DNA of 19,993 nucleotides from Alphaproteobacteria bacterium (GTDB lineage Bacteria; Pseudomonadota; Alphaproteobacteria; Micavibrionales; CSBR16-224): NCBI GenBank assembly GCA_021775895.1, contig JAJFGX010000053.1, positions 1 to 19,993 of the forward strand, read 5' to 3'. Shown piece by piece: positions 16,619 to 19,993 of this stretch (position 1 is its first letter; each line of letters starts with the position of its first letter). The notes under the pieces were generated by a model. It saw only the letters and a program-made list of their open reading frames with translations, ran no database searches and was not told where the DNA came from. The position numbers and the translations under genes were made by a program.

Positions 16619-18121
16619 ATGTCCAATAATGAAATAAAATATAAAAATCTTTTTCATCAATCGCCATTAGCCAGAATGGTGATATCTGTTGATAAAAATA
16701 AGTGTTGCTTATACGCAGATGTCAATTTGGTCGCTGCCGAGTATTTTGGTATGAAAGCTGAGCATATGCTTAATAAATCATTTGCTGATTTATTCCCAGA
16801 TGAAATGGCAGAGCATTTTGAACAATCTTGCCAAACATGCATAAGATCAAAAAGACCAGTAATAATTAATGCTCTACCGCATTTTGCAGGAGGAATTAGA
16901 GTTCAGTCATTTTTAATGAACCCTATTATAGATGAAAACGAGGAAATTGAATTTATTAACATCGTCGCAAGACAGGATTTTGCAGATAAAAATGAGTTAG
17001 AGCAAGAGCGTGATGATGCAATATTAACTCTAACTTCTTTATTTGACGCTAGTGGAGTTGGAATTATTGTGACTGATCATAACGGTATTGTTGTAAGGGT
17101 TAATGACAGTTTTTTAGAAGACTATAAATGGAAAAGAGAGGATTTATTAGATAAAGAATTCACTGTTATTATTCCTGTAGAAGAGCATGAAATGTCTAGA
17201 AAATTACATGGAGATTTTATTGAACGTGGACGTAGTGGCTCTAGAGAAATTCATATAATGCGCAAAGACGGTAAAATTGCAGATATTATTTTATCAACAG
17301 TATTGTTAGAGCTTAGCCAACAAAAGCGTTATATGATTTCAACTATCCAAGATATTACAGAGCGTAAAAATATGATACGCAATTTACGAGGAGCAAAAGA
17401 GCAAGCAGATACAGCAAATAAAGCAAAATCAGCATTTCTAGCCAATATGAGTCATGAACTGCGGACACCATTAAATGCAATTATTGGTTTCTCAGAAATG
17501 ATAATGCATGAGACATTCGGGGCATTAAACAACCAGAAATATAGTGAATACATGACAGATATTCATTTTAGCGCTCGTCATTTATTGGATATCATTAATG
17601 ATGTCTTAGATATGTCCAAAATTGAATCTGGTAAAGTTGAATTAGTAGAACGTGAAGTAATTGTTGCTGACGTTTTTAAGTCTGTATCTATAATTATGAA
17701 TGAAAGAGCCCTAAACGCAAAAGTACAATTAATTTTTGATATCGAAAAAAATCTACCATGTGTAAGAGCAGACCAGAGGTTGCTTAGGCAAATTCTTATC
17801 AATCTTGTTTCTAATGCTATTAAATTTTCATTGAAAGATAGTGAAGTTGTTGTAAAAGCACATATGCTTGCAGAGCATAAAATAAGAATCTCAGTTGAAG
17901 ATCACGGTTGTGGCATACCTGAAAATAAACTAGAGACAGTTTTAGAGCCATTTGGTCAAGTTAACGACCCTCTCCATTCTCAAGGTCAAGGCACTGGACT
18001 AGGGCTACCTTTAGCAAAAGCAATGGTTGAGCTGCATGGTGGAACATTAAATTTAATATCAACCGAAAAGCAGGGAACATTTATCTCACTTGATTTCCCT
18101 GTAGAACGCACAATGGAATAA
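16619..18121 (+). CDS. cytoplasmic PAS-PAS sensor histidine kinase, PleC/DivJ/CckA-type HisKA+HATPase, no receiver domain
   Basis: H-box FLANMSHELRTPLNAIIGFSEMI. Family-typical FGALNNQKYSEYMTDIHFSARHLLDIINDVLDMSKIESGKVEL. N, G1 and G2 boxes present (LINLVSNAIKFS, DHGCGIP, GTGLGLPLAKAMVELHGG). Two PAS-like regions and no TM segment. Confidence 0.85.
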   Translation: MSNNEIKYKNLFHQSPLARMVISVDKNKCCLYADVNLVAAEYFGMKAEHMLNKSFADLFPDEMAEHFEQSCQTCIRSKRPVIINALPHFAGGIRVQSFLMNPIIDENEEIEFINIVARQDFADKNELEQERDDAILTLTSLFDASGVGIIVTDHNGIVVRVNDSFLEDYKWKREDLLDKEFTVIIPVEEHEMSRKLHGDFIERGRSGSREIHIMRKDGKIADIILSTVLLELSQQKRYMISTIQDITERKNMIRNLRGAKEQADTANKAKSAFLANMSHELRTPLNAIIGFSEMIMHETFGALNNQKYSEYMTDIHFSARHLLDIINDVLDMSKIESGKVELVEREVIVADVFKSVSIIMNERALNAKVQLIFDIEKNLPCVRADQRLLRQILINLVSNAIKFSLKDSEVVVKAHMLAEHKIRISVEDHGCGIPENKLETVLEPFGQVNDPLHSQGQGTGLGLPLAKAMVELHGGTLNLISTEKQGTFISLDFPVERTME

Positions 18122-18163
18122 GTCTCTAACTATTTTGGTTGTTTTTATAATATTAGTATTTAA

Positions 18164-19993
<1,830 letters not shown>

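Overview
This window reads as an AT-rich alphaproteobacterial chromosomal segment. Conserved housekeeping genes (sucA 5' end, an OmpR-type response regulator, ilvE, ppiD, tpiA, surE-pcm-nlpD, a PleC/DivJ-type PAS histidine kinase, eno, a SAM methyltransferase) flank two less ordinary regions. Region one (about 2760-6945) holds a Caulobacter-style flagellar module. It has flgI, a cheL/FlgJ-like rod-binding gene and a FlgN/FlbY-like gene on the minus strand, read from a sigma54-type -24/-12 promoter. A FliX-like gene is transcribed divergently and is followed by tRNA-Gly(UCC). Upstream of this module sit an orphan N/D-rich 344-aa protein with a near-consensus sigma70 promoter, a duplicated 18+11 bp sequence module spaced about 102 bp apart, and a small basic 73-aa ORF. 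Region two (about 7006-11103, directly 3' of the tRNA) is an accessory-looking block. It encodes a bPH_2 (YdbS/T-like) membrane protein plus a flotillin/SPFH protein, a Sec-signal Sel1-repeat protein, and a ChaC-like gamma-glutamylcyclotransferase-domain protein. The ChaC-like protein carries a long C-terminal coiled-coil extension and has its own strong promoter. I read it as the most interesting element: a candidate secreted glutathione-degrading effector analogous to Ralstonia RipAY. No CRISPR array, transposase or integrase was seen. All domain calls come from motif recognition by eye and need HMM/BLAST confirmation.
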